Source of the DNA: a virus
UHGV virus genome: UHGV-0149901
DNA: 64,000 nucleotides
Strand: one strand, 5' to 3'
Both the position numbers and the translations under genes were made by a program. Each line of letters starts with the position of its first letter. Position 1 is the stretch's first letter. Below the pieces are notes generated by a model, which was not told the origin of the DNA, searched no databases, and saw only the letters and a program-made list of their open reading frames with translations. Positions 61,874 to 64,000 of this stretch are shown in pieces.

Positions 61874-62059
61874 ATGCTTAAAGAAGACTCATATCTACTA
61901 AAGGCGCTTGAAATGCGTGGCGTTGAACCTACAGTGAAAAACGCCCACGATATCTACCTTCAGTTTTCACCGGAGCTGAAACGGCTCATAAATCAATACG
62001 GGGTTAATGACTCAAGTGTTAAAGCGATGATAGATGATGAATTAGACCATCTCATCTAA
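61874..62059 (+). CDS. Hypothetical small protein
   Basis: 61 aa ORF. Confidence 0.35.
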   Translation: MLKEDSYLLKALEMRGVEPTVKNAHDIYLQFSPELKRLINQYGVNDSSVKAMIDDELDHLI

Positions 62060-62211
62060 TCGTTATCCTATGATAATGGTTTCACTTTGAGATTGTCATT
62101 TTTCATAGCCAAAGCTGATGTTTGTGGAAGGTGGATTGATAAACGGATGCGTATTTAGGTTATACAAGTGAGAAAATTGATAATATATAAAAGCGATTTT
62201 TATGTGATGGA

Positions 62212-62781
62212 ATGGATGTGATGGAAACCCAGAACCAACAAACAAAACCTCTGAATAACATTTATGCGTGGATTCTAGCGTTCATGCCTTTCTTCTTTGG
62301 AGTATTGCCGGAAGAGTATACCAATTACGCTATTATAATTGGGGGTGTAACTACCATCGGTTTGTTAGTAGCTGACAGAATGGCTCTATCGGAGTCTGGC
62401 TGTGAACCACCTTCAATTCTATGGGGGGTATTCCTCCTGCCTGTCTATCTCTGGAAGCGCGCGACTATTACAAAAGGCAGCAGAGTGCCATTTATCATAA
62501 TCGTTGCGTCGCTGGCTTGGATTATCTTCATCGGCATCCCACACAAGGACGAGGTTGCTCTTGAAGAAGCAGCCTGCCCTCTCGTGACAACTATTCTGAA
62601 AGAGAATAACGGTTCGACTGCACCAAAATGTATGAAGGTGACAATAGAGGACAAGGTGACGGATAAGTTCTATAGAGCAACGGCTACACTAGACAATGGT
62701 AATGACATTAACATTACTCTGGAACTTACCGGTGACAGGAACTTCTACGTCCGTGTTCCAAATGTTTATCTGAACAACTAA
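62212..62781 (+). CDS. Membrane protein
   Basis: 189 aa, three to four predicted TM helices. Confidence 0.5.
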   Translation: MDVMETQNQQTKPLNNIYAWILAFMPFFFGVLPEEYTNYAIIIGGVTTIGLLVADRMALSESGCEPPSILWGVFLLPVYLWKRATITKGSRVPFIIIVASLAWIIFIGIPHKDEVALEEAACPLVTTILKENNGSTAPKCMKVTIEDKVTDKFYRATATLDNGNDINITLELTGDRNFYVRVPNVYLNN

Positions 62782-62899
62782 CGGTTGCAACTTATTGATA
62801 ATGGCGGTCACAATTTGATTCTTTTCTATAAGAATCCGTTGATCGCCACTACTCCCCTTCCATACCTGCAATCACACCCTTAAATATCAATAGGTTATG

Positions 62900-63650
62900 G
62901 TTGTTTATACAAATAAGAAAACAACTAAATAACAGATCAACGAAACGTCAACGCTTTCACCCGATTTGGTCTAAAAAATTGACGTTTTCACACATCACTT
63001 CTTATACCCGTAACTCTACGCAGCAGACAGCGCCACAGCGTCCAATTTTCACCACAGACGACCCAACACACTACCAACAAAAACACACGCTCAAAATCGC
63101 TCCCGTTGCGTTACACAACCATATAAACAACTTATTTTCAGGCATAACAAAACAACTAAATAACACACATGCCATTCCCAAAAACAACCAACCTCTTTAT
63201 GGCAGGCTACCGAAAAGACCCACCTCTTCTCCCCAGGCTACCGGACAACCAACCTAACTTTCACAGGCAATCCGAAAACATTCATACGCGCGATACCCAC
63301 GACACGCCATTACCCAAACAGCGAAGAAACACCTGAACCGCTGAAACCCCAACGAAGCCTGTAACCGCAAGGTTTCTCTCAATCCCAAAAGACACGAAAC
63401 ATAACAATCACGGGAAACGCCATTACCCAATACACGAATAACTACAAAAGCCTTTCACACACTCCAGACAAACAACTCAAACACAATAACGAAAGCAATC
63501 GCTCACCTGCCATTACTCCATACACGGAGAAGAACAATCACCAAAACGACGAGAACACCCCATAGAAGAACCACCGCAAAACGAACGAAACCACATACAC
63601 CGACAGAGAAAACAACACACCCAATTCACCAACAGAAATAGTCGCCGTAT
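62900..63650. repeat. Strongly strand-skewed A+C-rich low-complexity region
   Basis: Top strand almost devoid of G over about 750 bp. Confidence 0.6.
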
Positions 63651-63840
63651 AGGACATTCTGGAAGGAGTGAGCATTAACGCCTATAGAGAGGTTGAGACA
63701 GATAAAACACAACATGTATAGCGAAGAAGCCAGGTATGTATAAGTGGGGATGGAAGGAGGGGTGTCGCCTCCTTTTTCGTATTTATTCAACTCCTGATTT
63801 TATCCCCCGTAACACCCCTACGGTCAGCCTTCGGTCCATA

Positions 63841-63980
63841 CAGGGGAAAGGCTGCATCCCGCTACAGAAACGGCTGGGTTGCCTTTGGGAACGGCTGGAG
63901 GTTTTCAGGGAAACGGTCGAGTTGCCTGTGTGGATTTCGGGAAAAGGCTCAATGCCGGTTCAGGAACGGCGGCGTACCGG
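63841..63980. repeat. Array of degenerate direct repeats (GGGAAACGGCNG-type, 21-31 bp period)
   Basis: At least six units; truncated by window end. Confidence 0.5.
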
Positions 63981-64000
63981 TATAGCGAGAGGGAGAGTTG

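Larger units (their letters stand above)
1..64000. mobile_element. Phage-plasmid-like element, partial (P1-style maintenance plus SSU5/pHCM2-style DNA-metabolism genes); contains host-type mrp-metG block at 58.06-61.43 kb
   Basis: Phage replication/nucleotide-metabolism genes, RepA with iterons, recombinase with lox-like site, and shared intergenic motifs on both sides of metG; no structural genes seen in window. Confidence 0.55.

Noticed and set aside
62901-63257. 118-aa ORF across the A+C-rich tract
   Set aside because: The translation is low-complexity (T/P/Q/N/H-rich), dictated by base composition, with no RBS; treated as non-coding unless conservation shows otherwise.
1-64000. Insertion sequences or transposases
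   Set aside because: No ORF shows DDE transposase or IS terminal inverted-repeat signatures; the only recombinase is the tyrosine integrase at 9509-10612.

Overview
The window reads as one large phage-plasmid-like mobile element, with a host-type housekeeping block (apbC/mrp–metG) embedded near its right end. All calls are from reading the sequence and the supplied ORF track; no database search was run, so family assignments rest on motifs I recognise. The element combines a DNA-metabolism module (ligase, glutaredoxin, DnaE-type polymerase, gp32-like SSB, 5'-3' exonuclease, RecA-like recombinase, SbcCD-like nuclease, RuvC-like resolvase, NrdAB, ThyA, DHFR, DnaQ-like exonuclease, RNase H, four tRNAs) with P1-style maintenance functions (RepA flanked by two iteron arrays, a GATC-rich origin-like segment, a tyrosine recombinase beside a perfect lox-like site, a LexA-boxed UmuD'-like gene, orphan N6-adenine methyltransferases). 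No capsid, tail or terminase genes are recognisable here. The most interesting points are the embedded mrp–metG block, the lox-like site with dispersed exact half-sites, three AT-rich candidate defence or addiction loci (a DUF4365-like reverse-strand gene, a gene beside the tRNAs, a YafO-like toxin pair), and an unexplained A+C-skewed region followed by a repeat array at the right edge. About half the CDS are hypothetical; refined start codons are my own estimates.
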